The notes under the pieces: generated by a model
Told to the model about the DNA's origin: nothing
Seen by the model: only the letters and a program-made list of their open reading frames with translations
Database searches by the model: none
Position numbers and translations under genes: made by a program
Shown here: one piece after another, positions 1 to 9,660 of the stretch
Layout of the letters: each line of letters opens with the position of its first letter
How positions within the stretch are numbered: position 1 is the first letter of the stretch
Assembly: GCA_964291625.2 (NCBI GenBank)
Contig: OZ220090.1
Span: forward strand, 96,001 to 160,000
Direction: 5' to 3'
From: Candidatus Latescibacterota bacterium
Lineage (GTDB): Bacteria; Latescibacterota; UBA2968; UBA8231
DNA length: 64,000 bases

Positions 1-1629
1 CAGGCCGGCGTCGGCTTCCACTACACCCACGGCGGCACCGGCCGCAAGCACTTCATCGAGACCATGGGGCCGGGGTGCGCCTTCCTCGACTACGACGGCG
101 ACGGCCGCCTCGACATCTACGCCGTCAACGGCCACGCCCTGGACGGGGCCGAGCCGGCCGAGGCCAACGAGCTCTACCGCAACCTCGGGGACGGCACCTT
201 CCGCGAGGTCGGCCGCGAGACCGGCGCCGCCGACCGGGGTTACGGCGTGGGGGTCACCGCCGCCGACTACGACAACGACGGCGACGCCGACATCTACCTC
301 ACCAACTACGGCCCCAACGTCCTCCTGGGGGGCCGGGGGGACGGGACCTTCGCCGACCACACCACTCGAGCCGGGGTGGGGGACTCCTTGTGGGGCACGG
401 GGTGCGCCTTCCTCGACTACGACAACGACGGCCTCCTCGACCTCTACGTGGCCAACTACGTGGAGTACTCCCTCGACGCCGAGGGCCGGGACCTGACGCC
501 CTACTTCCTCGCCGCCCCGGGCCAGGAGCCGGCGGTCGACCTGCGGGCGTATCCCAGCCCGGAGAATTTCCCCGGCTCCCCCGACGTCCTCTACCGCAAT
601 GCGGGGGACGGCACCTTCGCCGACGTCACCGCCGCAGCCGGGGTCCTCAACCCGGCGGGCAAGGGCATGGGCATCGTCTGCTCCGACTACGACGGCGACG
701 GCCACGTGGACATCTTCGTGGCCAACGACCAGACCGCCAACTTCCTCTACCGCAACGGCGGCGACGGCACCTTCACCGACGTGGCCCTGCTCTCCGGGGT
801 AGGGTACAGCGGCGACGGACGGCCGGAAGCGAGCATGGGCGCCGACTTCGGGGACTACGACAACGACGGCCTCCTCGACCTCGTGGTCCCCAACTTCCAC
901 CGCGAGCCCACCAGCCTCTACCGCAACGAGGGGGAGGGCCTGTTCTCGTGGGAGTCGATGCGGTCGGGTATCGGGCGCCCGTCGCTGGCCTGGGTCGGCT
1001 GGGGGACCGCCTTCCTCGACTACGACAACGACGGCTTCCTCGACGTCTTCGTCGCCAACGGCCACACCCTGGACAACATCGATCGCTTCGACGCCTCCTC
1101 CTCGTACCCGCAGCCGGACCAGCTCTTCCGCAACACCGGGAAGGGCCGCTTCGAGGATGTCTCCGCCGCCTCGGGGGAGGCCCTCGCCGCGGCCAAGGTG
1201 AGCCGGGGAGCGGCCTTCGGCGATTATGACGACGACGGCGATACGGATATCTTCGTGGTCCATTCCACGGGCCGCGCCGCTCTGCTGCGGAACGAGGGAG
1301 GCAACGAGGGCCGCTGGCTCCAGGTCCGGACGGTGGGCCGGCGCGCCAACCGCGACGGCGTGGGGGCCCGCATCGAGGTCCTGTCCGGGGACCTGCGGCA
1401 GGTCCGGGAGATACGCACCGGCTCCGGCCTCTACAGCCAGAACGACCCGCGGGCCTGCTTCGGCCTGGGGGAGAGGGAGCGGGTGGACGCGCTGGAGGTT
1501 CGGTGGCCGGGAGGAGGCGTGGACCGCGTGGAAGAGATCGCCGCCAACCAGATGGTCGTGGTGGCGGAAGGCGTCGGGATCGTGGACGGACCGGAAGATC
1601 CGCCGGCGGCGGGCGGGAGGGCCGAGTGA
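1..1629 (+). CDS. CRTAC1/ASPIC-UnbV family FG-GAP repeat protein (5' end outside window)
   Basis: Frame is open from base 1 (QAGVGFHYTHGG...ETMGPG); repeated DYDNDG.LD FG-GAP motifs; C-terminal ASPIC/UnbV-like region (NRDGVGARIEV...GSGLYSQ...FGLG...VRWPGG). Confidence 0.9.
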   Translation, partial: QAGVGFHYTHGGTGRKHFIETMGPGCAFLDYDGDGRLDIYAVNGHALDGAEPAEANELYRNLGDGTFREVGRETGAADRGYGVGVTAADYDNDGDADIYLTNYGPNVLLGGRGDGTFADHTTRAGVGDSLWGTGCAFLDYDNDGLLDLYVANYVEYSLDAEGRDLTPYFLAAPGQEPAVDLRAYPSPENFPGSPDVLYRNAGDGTFADVTAAAGVLNPAGKGMGIVCSDYDGDGHVDIFVANDQTANFLYRNGGDGTFTDVALLSGVGYSGDGRPEASMGADFGDYDNDGLLDLVVPNFHREPTSLYRNEGEGLFSWESMRSGIGRPSLAWVGWGTAFLDYDNDGFLDVFVANGHTLDNIDRFDASSSYPQPDQLFRNTGKGRFEDVSAASGEALAAAKVSRGAAFGDYDDDGDTDIFVVHSTGRAALLRNEGGNEGRWLQVRTVGRRANRDGVGARIEVLSGDLRQVREIRTGSGLYSQNDPRACFGLGERERVDALEVRWPGGGVDRVEEIAANQMVVVAEGVGIVDGPEDPPAAGGRAE

Positions 1630-1667
1630 GAGCCACAGGGAGTCTGCAAAAGAGGAGCGCAGAGATC

Positions 1668-2944
1668 ATGAGCAGGGGCGGGGTGCTGGTCGGGTTGGTT
1701 CTTCTGTCGGCGGGGCAGGGCCTCGGCGAGGTGACCCTCTCCCTCGGGGAGCGGGACGGGCAGCCGATCTACGTCTTCGAGAACGAGTACCTGCGCAGCG
1801 AGATCGCCCACACGCGCGGCCGCTCTCCCCTGAGCTACTTCGACAAGATCTCGGGGGTGGAGCAGCTGCGGCAACTCGAGCCCCTCGACCGCAACCACGG
1901 CCGCCACTACTCCCACGGCGGCGTCGCCGAGTGCGTCCCCTGGACCGGGGGAGCGCCGTACATGGGCTACCTGTGGACCCAGCCCTGGGAGATGACGGCG
2001 CGCACCCACGACCGCCGCGCCGTGCTGGTGGGGGAGATGACCTTCCCCTACCCGGACCCGGTCACCGGCCGGTTGTGCGAGCTGCGGTTCGAGAAGCGCA
2101 TGACCGCGTACGAGGGCTCCACGCGCCTGAAGATGGACTACCGCATCACCAACGTGGGCGAGCGCCGGGCCCGCTTCCAGCACTGCGTCCACGGCAGCCC
2201 CTGCGTCGGCGGCGAGTGCGACGAGGGCGACTACTTCTACGCCCGGGGAGCCGCTGCTGGGTCGTCTGGAGCGGCCTCCTGCCGCAGTACGAGATCCCCG
2301 ACGAGTCGTGGCACGACTGGCCCATCCCCGAGGCCGTCGACTTCCGCCCCGGAGGGGAGGGCGGCCTGCAGCTCTTCGTGCCGGCCTCGTGGGGCGTCGT
2401 GGGCGACGACAAGACGCGGGAGGTGATGGCCATGGTCAGCTCCCCCGTGATCGCCGGCGGCGAGGAGATCCCCGTGTACATGGGCTACACCCGGGGGAAG
2501 GAGAGCTACTACCTCGAGCCCTCGATCACGAAGCACATCTCCAACCAGGCCGAGCGCTGGGAGCGGGAGGGATACTCCGTCGACCTGGAGAGGGGCGAGG
2601 CCTGCGTCTACACGGTGGACATGGCCATGTTCCACGGGATCAGCCAGGAGCAGGTGCGATCCGTGCACGCCCTCACGGGGGACTACGTGCTGCTGGAGGA
2701 ACCGCGCCTGGCGTCGAGGGCCGGCAAGGCGGCCGTGGAGATCGCCCTCGGCGTCTCCGGTGACGGGCGGGTCGTCCTGCGGCCGGTGGAGGGGGGGGAG
2801 GCGCTCCTCGAGCGGGACCTCCGCCCCGGAAAGGTGGCCCGCATCTCGGAGAAGGTCCCCCTGCCGGAAGGCGCGGGAGAGGTGGTCCTGCTGCTTCAGA
2901 ACGCCGCCGGTGAGCAGCTCCTGGCCCGGGGAGGCGGGGAATGA
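1668..2944 (+). pseudogene. Secreted galactose-mutarotase-like beta-sandwich protein, split by a 1-nt frameshift near 2243
   Basis: AGAGGAG RBS, ATG at 1668 and a signal-peptide-like start. Protein-like sequence runs to DYFYA, then continues in another frame (PGSRCWVVWSG...) to the stop at 2944. Could be a sequencing error. Confidence 0.6.
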
Positions 2945-3954
2945 CCGCTCCGAAGCTGAGATCGCGGAACTACCCCCCCGAGCACGGGATCCTGGTGCCC
3001 GTGGAGCACCAGGGCCGGGTGATCCGCGACCTGCTGGCCACCACGGCCATGCGGCCCTCGGACGCCGACTACCTGGCCGGGCTCCTCCTGACCAACGACA
3101 CCCGCTCCCTCTACAGCCACGGCAGCCGCCAGCTGCGCCACTACCTGCAGAACCTGAACAACGGCAACGTCAACCCCGAGCCCGACGTCCGGGTGATCGC
3201 CGGCGACGGCGCCACCGCCGTGGTCGACGGCGACGGCGGCCTGGGGTACCTGGCCTGCCGCGTCGGCATGGAGCAGGTCCTGGAGCGCACCCGGTCCCTG
3301 GGCGTGGGCGCCTGCTCCACGGGCAACCACTTCCACATCGGCTCGGCCGGGATCTGGTCGCGCCTGGCGGTGGAACGGGGCTACGTCGGCATGGCCATGT
3401 CCGCCCACCGCAACTCCCTCGATCCCGGGAGCACGGTCGCGGGGGTGATGAGCTCCTCGCCCTTGAGCATCGGCTTTCCCGCGGGGGACCAGCCGCCCTT
3501 CATCCTCGACATGGGGGGCGTCATCCTCCCGGGCCGGCAGGACCTGATGGAGGAGTTGCCCCACAGCTTCTTCAAGGCCATGGGCGTCTCGGCGGCGGTG
3601 CAGGTCTTCGCCGGCATCCTCGCCGGCATCTACCGGACGAGCGTGGCTCCCCCCGAGTCGAGGTGGGTGGCCAACCAGGGCGCATTCCTGTGCGCCTGGG
3701 ACGTGCGGCGCTTCATGGACCTCGGGGAGTTCACGGTGGAGATGGACCGCTTCATCGGCGAGGCGAGGGCCATGCAGCCCCTGCCCGGCCTCGACCGCGC
3801 CGAGCTCCCGGGGGGAATGGAGTGGCAGTGGGAGAAGGAGAACCGCGAGCGGGGCATCCCCCTCGGGGACGCGCACCGCCAGGAGCTGGAGGAGCTGGCC
3901 GGGGAGGCCGGCGTCGACTGCGGCTACGGACAATACGAGGAGACGAGATTCTGA
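2941..3954 (+). CDS. Ldh_2 family oxidoreductase (malate/L-lactate/ureidoglycolate dehydrogenase-like)
   Basis: Motifs SHG, VDGDGGLG, NHFHIG, PLSIGFP, ILDM, LPG; ATGA overlap with the upstream gene. Confidence 0.85.
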   Translation: MTAPKLRSRNYPPEHGILVPVEHQGRVIRDLLATTAMRPSDADYLAGLLLTNDTRSLYSHGSRQLRHYLQNLNNGNVNPEPDVRVIAGDGATAVVDGDGGLGYLACRVGMEQVLERTRSLGVGACSTGNHFHIGSAGIWSRLAVERGYVGMAMSAHRNSLDPGSTVAGVMSSSPLSIGFPAGDQPPFILDMGGVILPGRQDLMEELPHSFFKAMGVSAAVQVFAGILAGIYRTSVAPPESRWVANQGAFLCAWDVRRFMDLGEFTVEMDRFIGEARAMQPLPGLDRAELPGGMEWQWEKENRERGIPLGDAHRQELEELAGEAGVDCGYGQYEETRF

Positions 3955-5240
3955 TGACGGACTCATGGCGTACCGGGATCTACCTGACCCCGGGTGTCAT
4001 CACCGGGCACCCCGACTACGTGAGGCGGCTGCAGGACGAGATCGGCCTCGACACGGTGATCATCCCCTTCACCGGCGAGCTGCCGCCGGAGATCGAGGCC
4101 CTCAGCCCCTACAGCAGCCGCACCCCGGACGACGCCGAGCTGGACGGCCTGGTGCTGCGCCACTTCGACGGCCGTCCCATCGACCCCCGGGAGTACCCCC
4201 AGGCCGCCGGCTACGGGCCCGCCGTCCACGCTCCGGGGGACGACGCCGGCTTCCGGGCGGTGGTCGACCAGCTGAAGGGGGCCGGCCTCGAGGTCTGGAC
4301 CTACGGCGGCGCCTGGACGATCCGGCGCCTCATGTACTGTCCCTCCCAGGAGGGGACGCGGCGCTGGTTCGAGGCGGTCTACGTGCACTGGGCGACGCAG
4401 TACGGCCTCGACGCCCTCGACAACACCCACTCCCGCTACCCCATGGGCAGCTTCCCCCTCGGCCTCTTCGGCTGCACATGCTCCTCTTGCGCCGCCGCCG
4501 CCGCCGAGCTGGGCTACGACATGGACCGCATGGTGGCGGATCTGATGGACGCCCGCCGGGGGCTGAACCAGCTCGACGGCGCCCGTCTCGGGGAGGTGAC
4601 CCGCCTCGGCTTCGGGTTCTTCGACGTGGTCCACGCTCTGGGGATCAAATCGGGCGTCCTCGACTGGGTCCGCTTCCGCTGCGACCTGCTCACCCGCAGC
4701 CTGGCCCGCTTCCGGTCGGTGGTGAAGGCGGCGGCGCCGGGGGTCGCCTTCGGCACCGACACCTATCCCAGCTCCATGGCGCTCACCGCCGGCCACGACC
4801 ACCGCCGCTGGGGGCAGATGGCCGACTTCGCCAGCCCCCTGGTCTCCCACATCTCCGCCTTCGTCTGCAACACCTTCATCGAGTGGGCCCGCTTCCTCCA
4901 GGAGGAGGTGCCGGGCCTGACGGAGGAGGACGCCCTGCAGGTCGTCTACCGCTTCAACGGCTACGACGGCATGGGCCTGCCTGAGACGATCGCCGCCTTT
5001 CGCCACGAGGAGGCGGGCACCCTCGCCTACCGCATCCCCGTGGCCGACCTCGTGCTGCGGGACCTGACCAAGGCGAAGCTCTACCTGCCGCCCGAGATGC
5101 CCTCCTACCCGATCATCCACGGCGAGGGCTGGCCGCGGGAGGCGATCGACCGCATCGTCGACGAGGCCCGCCGCCTCGGCCACAACGGCATCATGTGGCA
5201 GGGCACGCAAGAGTTGATGGAGTACGACTTCAACGGCTGA
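3954..5240 (+). CDS. Hypothetical protein, probable glycoside-hydrolase-like TIM barrel with a CxCxxC motif
   Basis: TGATG overlap start (MTDSWRTGIYLTPG); typical codon usage; FGCTCSSC motif. Confidence 0.6.
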   Translation: MTDSWRTGIYLTPGVITGHPDYVRRLQDEIGLDTVIIPFTGELPPEIEALSPYSSRTPDDAELDGLVLRHFDGRPIDPREYPQAAGYGPAVHAPGDDAGFRAVVDQLKGAGLEVWTYGGAWTIRRLMYCPSQEGTRRWFEAVYVHWATQYGLDALDNTHSRYPMGSFPLGLFGCTCSSCAAAAAELGYDMDRMVADLMDARRGLNQLDGARLGEVTRLGFGFFDVVHALGIKSGVLDWVRFRCDLLTRSLARFRSVVKAAAPGVAFGTDTYPSSMALTAGHDHRRWGQMADFASPLVSHISAFVCNTFIEWARFLQEEVPGLTEEDALQVVYRFNGYDGMGLPETIAAFRHEEAGTLAYRIPVADLVLRDLTKAKLYLPPEMPSYPIIHGEGWPREAIDRIVDEARRLGHNGIMWQGTQELMEYDFNG

Positions 5241-5257
5241 CAGGAGGAGGAGGAAGG

Positions 5258-6229
5258 ATGTTCATCCAGGACCAGCTCAACCACGCGGCCGTGAACGACG
5301 ACAACCTGGCCTACTACAAGGCCATCGGCGTCGACTACCTCACCGTCAACCCGCCGCCCTTCGCCGCCGGCCACCACGGGCCCATGTCCACGCGGGACGA
5401 GATGGCGGAGTACCTGGGCGGCGTGCGCCGCCTCGCCGAGTCCCACGGCCTGAAGTTCACCAACATCGCCTTCGTCGGGCCTGACGAGATCACCCTGGCG
5501 CGGCCGGACCGGGACGAGAAGATCGACCAGTGGATCGAGGCCCTGCGGGCCATGGGCGACGCCGGGGTCCCGACCCTGGGCTACAACTTCAAGCCCATCG
5601 GCAACTTCCGCACCACCTCGGCCACCGGCCGCGGCGGCTCGAAGTACAGCACCTTCGACTACGACGAGTGGCAGCGCACCAAGGGGGAGTGGCCGGACAA
5701 GCAGATCGACGAGGCCTCCATGTGGGCCAACATCCAGTACTTCCTCGAACGCATCGTCCCCGAGGCCGAGGCCTGCGGCGTCCGCCTCGCCCTGCACCCG
5801 GACGACCCGCCGATCCCGGAGGCGATGGGCGGCGCCATGCGCATCGTCTCCACCCTCGACCAGTACGAGCGCATCTTCGGCATGGCGCCGAGCGACGCCA
5901 ACGCCATGCTCTTCTGCCAGGGCTGCGTCACCGAGATGGGCGTCGACGTGTACGACGCCATCCGCCGCATCGGCTCCCAGGGCAAGATCGTCTACGTCCA
6001 CTTCCGCAACGTCAAGGGATCGGGCCACTACTTCGAGGAGGTCTTCATCGACGAGGGCGACGTGGACATGCTCAAGGCGATGCAGGTCTACAAGGAGATC
6101 GGCTTTCAGGGCCCCTTCATGATGGACCACACCCCCTCGATCCCCGGCCAGCACGGGGGCCTGGCGGGCCACGCCCTGGCGGCCGGCTACATGAGGGCGG
6201 CGATCCAGGCGGTCTACGGGACCCGATGA
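5258..6229 (+). CDS. uxuA: Mannonate dehydratase
   Basis: Strong AGGAGG RBS; motifs LGYNF, LALHPDDPP, FCQG, YVHFRNV, FIDEGDVDM, MMDHTP. Confidence 0.85.
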   Translation: MFIQDQLNHAAVNDDNLAYYKAIGVDYLTVNPPPFAAGHHGPMSTRDEMAEYLGGVRRLAESHGLKFTNIAFVGPDEITLARPDRDEKIDQWIEALRAMGDAGVPTLGYNFKPIGNFRTTSATGRGGSKYSTFDYDEWQRTKGEWPDKQIDEASMWANIQYFLERIVPEAEACGVRLALHPDDPPIPEAMGGAMRIVSTLDQYERIFGMAPSDANAMLFCQGCVTEMGVDVYDAIRRIGSQGKIVYVHFRNVKGSGHYFEEVFIDEGDVDMLKAMQVYKEIGFQGPFMMDHTPSIPGQHGGLAGHALAAGYMRAAIQAVYGTR

Positions 6230-6310
6230 AGCCGGGCCGTGTGACCGTTCCTGGCAAGCCGGGAGACGATCTGACCCCGGGCACTTGGAACAGCAGGAAA
6301 CAGAGCTATG
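6220..6310 (+). pseudogene. hicA: hicA toxin remnant (C-terminal half only)
   Basis: Translates as (D)PMKPGRVTVPGKPGDDLTPGTWNS.KQ, matching the HicA C-terminal consensus. The N-terminal GSH catalytic part is absent. Lies directly upstream of hicB. Confidence 0.7.
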
Positions 6311-6532
6311 AAATACACCGTCGTAATTGAGAGGACCCCCAACAACTACGCAGCCTACGTGCCCGACCTTCCCGGATGCGTGGCTACCGCCGGCACCCGT
6401 GGAGAGGTGTTGAAGGAAATCCGCGAGGCTATGGAGTTCCACATCGAAGGCATGCGTGAAGACGGCGAACTCGTACCGGAGCCTCAGACTACGGCGGCAG
6501 TGGTGGATGCTACCGTCGCGGTATCGGGCTGA
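6308..6532 (+). CDS. hicB: HicB family antitoxin
   Basis: MKYTVVIE...YAAYVPDLPGCVATAGT..E....IREAMEFHIEG consensus. Confidence 0.9.
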   Translation: MKYTVVIERTPNNYAAYVPDLPGCVATAGTRGEVLKEIREAMEFHIEGMREDGELVPEPQTTAAVVDATVAVSG

Positions 6533-6561
6533 TGAGCTTTCGGGATGGGGGAGGTGGGTGA

Positions 6562-6792
<231 letters not shown>

Positions 6793-6892
6793 GATTGCCC
6801 ATGCGGGTCAGGTCGGAACACTCACGGGTTCGAATCAGGGAATGACCCATGACATGGAATCGGGCCACTGCAGGATAGCCAGGTCGGCGGCT

Positions 6893-7474
6893 TCAGGGCG
6901 CTGCGCCGCCCGCCTTGACCCGGCCCCAGCCGGAGAGTTCCACCGCGGTCACCCGGCCGCCGCCGACGAGGACCTCCACCTCGTGGAAGACGATCGTTCC
7001 CAGGGCCACCAGCTCGATGTTGTCGGCCCGCGTGCCGGGAGGGAAGCGGACCTCGGTCCACGCATCGGTCACCCTGGAGTGGTTGGCCGCGGAAGCGGTC
7101 CGCGTGCCCTCGGGCTCGCGGAGGGTGCCGGTCTCGTCGAGACGGCCACCCACGTAGGCGCGGATCTCGTAGTCGTTGCCGATGGCGCCGACGTAGACGC
7201 GCACCGACTCCAGGAGCAGGGGCTCCTCCCACTCGAAGACCAGGATACCCCCGCCATGCCAGAGGAAGCCCCGGGCCTTCGGATTCCCTTCAGGCGTCTC
7301 GCCGTCCACCAGCGCGGCGAGATCCCCCTTCCAGGTGTTCCAGGTGGTGGCCCGGGTCACGGCGTCGGGGGCGGCGTTGCGGTCCCCGGTCAGGGCGGGG
7401 GAGGCCAGCACCAGCCAGAGCGCGGCCAGCGTCAGCACGGCGGTTCGCGTTTCCAGGAGAGATGAGGATGTCAC
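6893..7474 (-). CDS. Small secreted discoidin/galactose-binding-like protein with a C-terminal TAVE-x3-WGxVK motif (start may be GTG 7438)
   Basis: Hydrophobic signal peptide VLTLAALWLVLASPALT; beta-rich body; ends VTAVELSGWGRVKAGGAAP. Confidence 0.6.
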   Translation of the reverse strand: MTSSSLLETRTAVLTLAALWLVLASPALTGDRNAAPDAVTRATTWNTWKGDLAALVDGETPEGNPKARGFLWHGGGILVFEWEEPLLLESVRVYVGAIGNDYEIRAYVGGRLDETGTLREPEGTRTASAANHSRVTDAWTEVRFPPGTRADNIELVALGTIVFHEVEVLVGGGRVTAVELSGWGRVKAGGAAP

Positions 7475-9660
7475 GACGGAAGAAGAGGACCCTCGCCGCG
7501 GTCTCCCTGCTGATCGCGGCCCTGGCGGTCTGGGACATCCATGTCCACCGCGCCACCATCTGGTTCGTCGGGCCGGCCGGCGCCGCCCTCGGCGAGGACG
7601 AGCCGGTGCGGGTCGAGGGTCTGCCGATCATCCGGCCCAACACCATCACCCTGGGCGAGGGCCATCCCACGGTGGCCGTCGCCGCCTCCATCGACGGCGA
7701 GCTGCCCGAGCCCGCGGCCCTCGACGCGGCCCTGAGCTACGAGCAGGTCGACGCCGTGGTCAGCCGCGCCCTGGACCTGGACCGGTCGGGCCGCTCGATC
7801 CGCGACGTCATCGGCGCCGATGACGAGGTGCTGATCAAGGTGAACAACATCACCAACCGGGGCAATCCCAACTCCTCCTACCACGCGCGGGGCTTCGAGC
7901 ACCCGGGGCAGATCACCGACCTGCGGGCGGTGAAGAGCGTCATCGCCTACCTCGTGCGGCACGTGGGGCCCGAGAGGATCACCATCGTCGAGGGCGGCTC
8001 CCAGTCGCCCCGCAAGGGCGCTCCCGGGTTCCCCACCAACGCCACCAACGACAGCTGGTCGGTCACCTATCCGGAGTTCGACGGCCTCTCCTACGAGAAG
8101 ATCCTGGAGGAGTTCGCCGCCATGGAGGTGGCCACCGTCGTCGACACGGCCGATCTCAACTACGCCCCCTTCAGCCGCCGGTACGTGCCCGGCGGCGCCT
8201 TCCAGCGGCTGGGCGTGACCCGCCTGAACTACCCCAACGCCCAGCAGGGCTTCCACGTGGCCGGCACGGGCCGCTTCCGCGACGCCCCGCTCACGGTGCC
8301 CACGATCCTCCTCGAGGCGGACAAGGTGATCTCCCTGCCGGCCATGAAGACCCACGTCTACGGCCCGACCCTGGGCATCAAGAACTTCGTGGGCGCCCTC
8401 TCGCCCCGGGGGCGCGGCACCAGCAGCCTCTCCAAGGGGGAGCTGTTCCAGTTCAACCCGGAGCACGGCCAGGTCGACATCTACACCTTCCACCCGGCGG
8501 ACTACACGATCATCCAGGGGTTCTGGGGCACCGAGGGGGACGGGCCCCAGGACGGCGTCAACACCCAGCACAACGTCGTCGTCGCCGGCGCCGACCCGGT
8601 GGCCACCGAGGCGGTGGGCAGCGTCGCCATGGGGTACAACCCGCTCGATCTCGAGCTGCTCTACCTGGCGGCGATCAAGGGCTTCGGCACCTTCGACCTG
8701 GACCGGATCGAGGTGGTGGGACGGCCCGTGGAGAGCATCGAGCGCAACTACATCAAGTCCCGCATCCACACCCTCGGGGCCCGCCATCCCCCCTTCTACG
8801 GCCGCGGCATCCGCCGCTGGCTGGTGGCCGGACCCTTCCCGGGGGCCGACCTCGACGCCGCCCACCTGCCGGACGAGGCCGGCCTGCGGCCCGTGGAGGG
8901 CCAGGCGGCCCTCGACCGCACCTGGACCCGGGTGGAGCACCTGGGCTACTCGGCCGAGATCCTCGACCTGGGGCAGGTCAACGGCGAGGACGAGGACGCC
9001 GCCCACTACGCTTTCACCCTGGTCCACGCCGAGCGGGACATGGAGGGGTTCCTGGCCCTCGGCTACGGCGATCTCGTGCCGAAGGGGCAGGGCGGCGGCG
9101 ACGTGGCTCGGGTCTGGCTCAACGGGGAGGTGGTCCACGACGGCAGCGAGCGCCGCGGCTTCCGCCTCGCCGACAGGACCTTCCCGCCGGTCGCCGTCCA
9201 CCTGCGGCAGGGCGAGAACCGGCTGCTGTTCAAGGTCGGAAACTTCGAGCGGGACGCGTGGCTGGCGGCGCACCTCGTGGACGAGGACGGGGACCGGCTC
9301 TTCGGCATCGAGTACTCCTTGACCGGGGAGACTCCCACCGCCGTGGACGAGGATTCGGGGACACCGGAAGTCCTTCCGGCCCAGCCGGTTCTGCTGGCGA
9401 ACTACCCCAATCCCTTCAATCCGGCCACCCGCATCCGCTTCGTCATGCCCGGCGAGGCCCGGGTCCGCCTGGAGGTCTACGATCTCGCCGGACAGCGAGT
9501 GCGCCGGCTGATGGACCGGACCGTGGCAGCGGGGCGCTACGAGGTCGTCTGGGACGGGCGGGACGCCTCCGGCTTCAACGCCGCCAGCGGCGTCTACCAC
9601 GCCGTGCTGCGCGACGACGGCGGCCGGCGCTGGTCCCGGGCGATGACCCTGATCCGATGA
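7462..9660 (+). CDS. Exported DUF362-domain protein with a beta-sandwich domain and a C-terminal FlgD-Ig/T9SS-like sorting domain
   Basis: DUF362 motifs VLIKVN, TIVEG, LPAMKTH..TLGIKN, EGDGP, ADPVA.E; C-terminal NYPNPFNPATRI...VYDLAGQRVR...WDGRD...SGVY. Confidence 0.8.
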   Translation: MRMSRRKKRTLAAVSLLIAALAVWDIHVHRATIWFVGPAGAALGEDEPVRVEGLPIIRPNTITLGEGHPTVAVAASIDGELPEPAALDAALSYEQVDAVVSRALDLDRSGRSIRDVIGADDEVLIKVNNITNRGNPNSSYHARGFEHPGQITDLRAVKSVIAYLVRHVGPERITIVEGGSQSPRKGAPGFPTNATNDSWSVTYPEFDGLSYEKILEEFAAMEVATVVDTADLNYAPFSRRYVPGGAFQRLGVTRLNYPNAQQGFHVAGTGRFRDAPLTVPTILLEADKVISLPAMKTHVYGPTLGIKNFVGALSPRGRGTSSLSKGELFQFNPEHGQVDIYTFHPADYTIIQGFWGTEGDGPQDGVNTQHNVVVAGADPVATEAVGSVAMGYNPLDLELLYLAAIKGFGTFDLDRIEVVGRPVESIERNYIKSRIHTLGARHPPFYGRGIRRWLVAGPFPGADLDAAHLPDEAGLRPVEGQAALDRTWTRVEHLGYSAEILDLGQVNGEDEDAAHYAFTLVHAERDMEGFLALGYGDLVPKGQGGGDVARVWLNGEVVHDGSERRGFRLADRTFPPVAVHLRQGENRLLFKVGNFERDAWLAAHLVDEDGDRLFGIEYSLTGETPTAVDEDSGTPEVLPAQPVLLANYPNPFNPATRIRFVMPGEARVRLEVYDLAGQRVRRLMDRTVAAGRYEVVWDGRDASGFNAASGVYHAVLRDDGGRRWSRAMTLIR

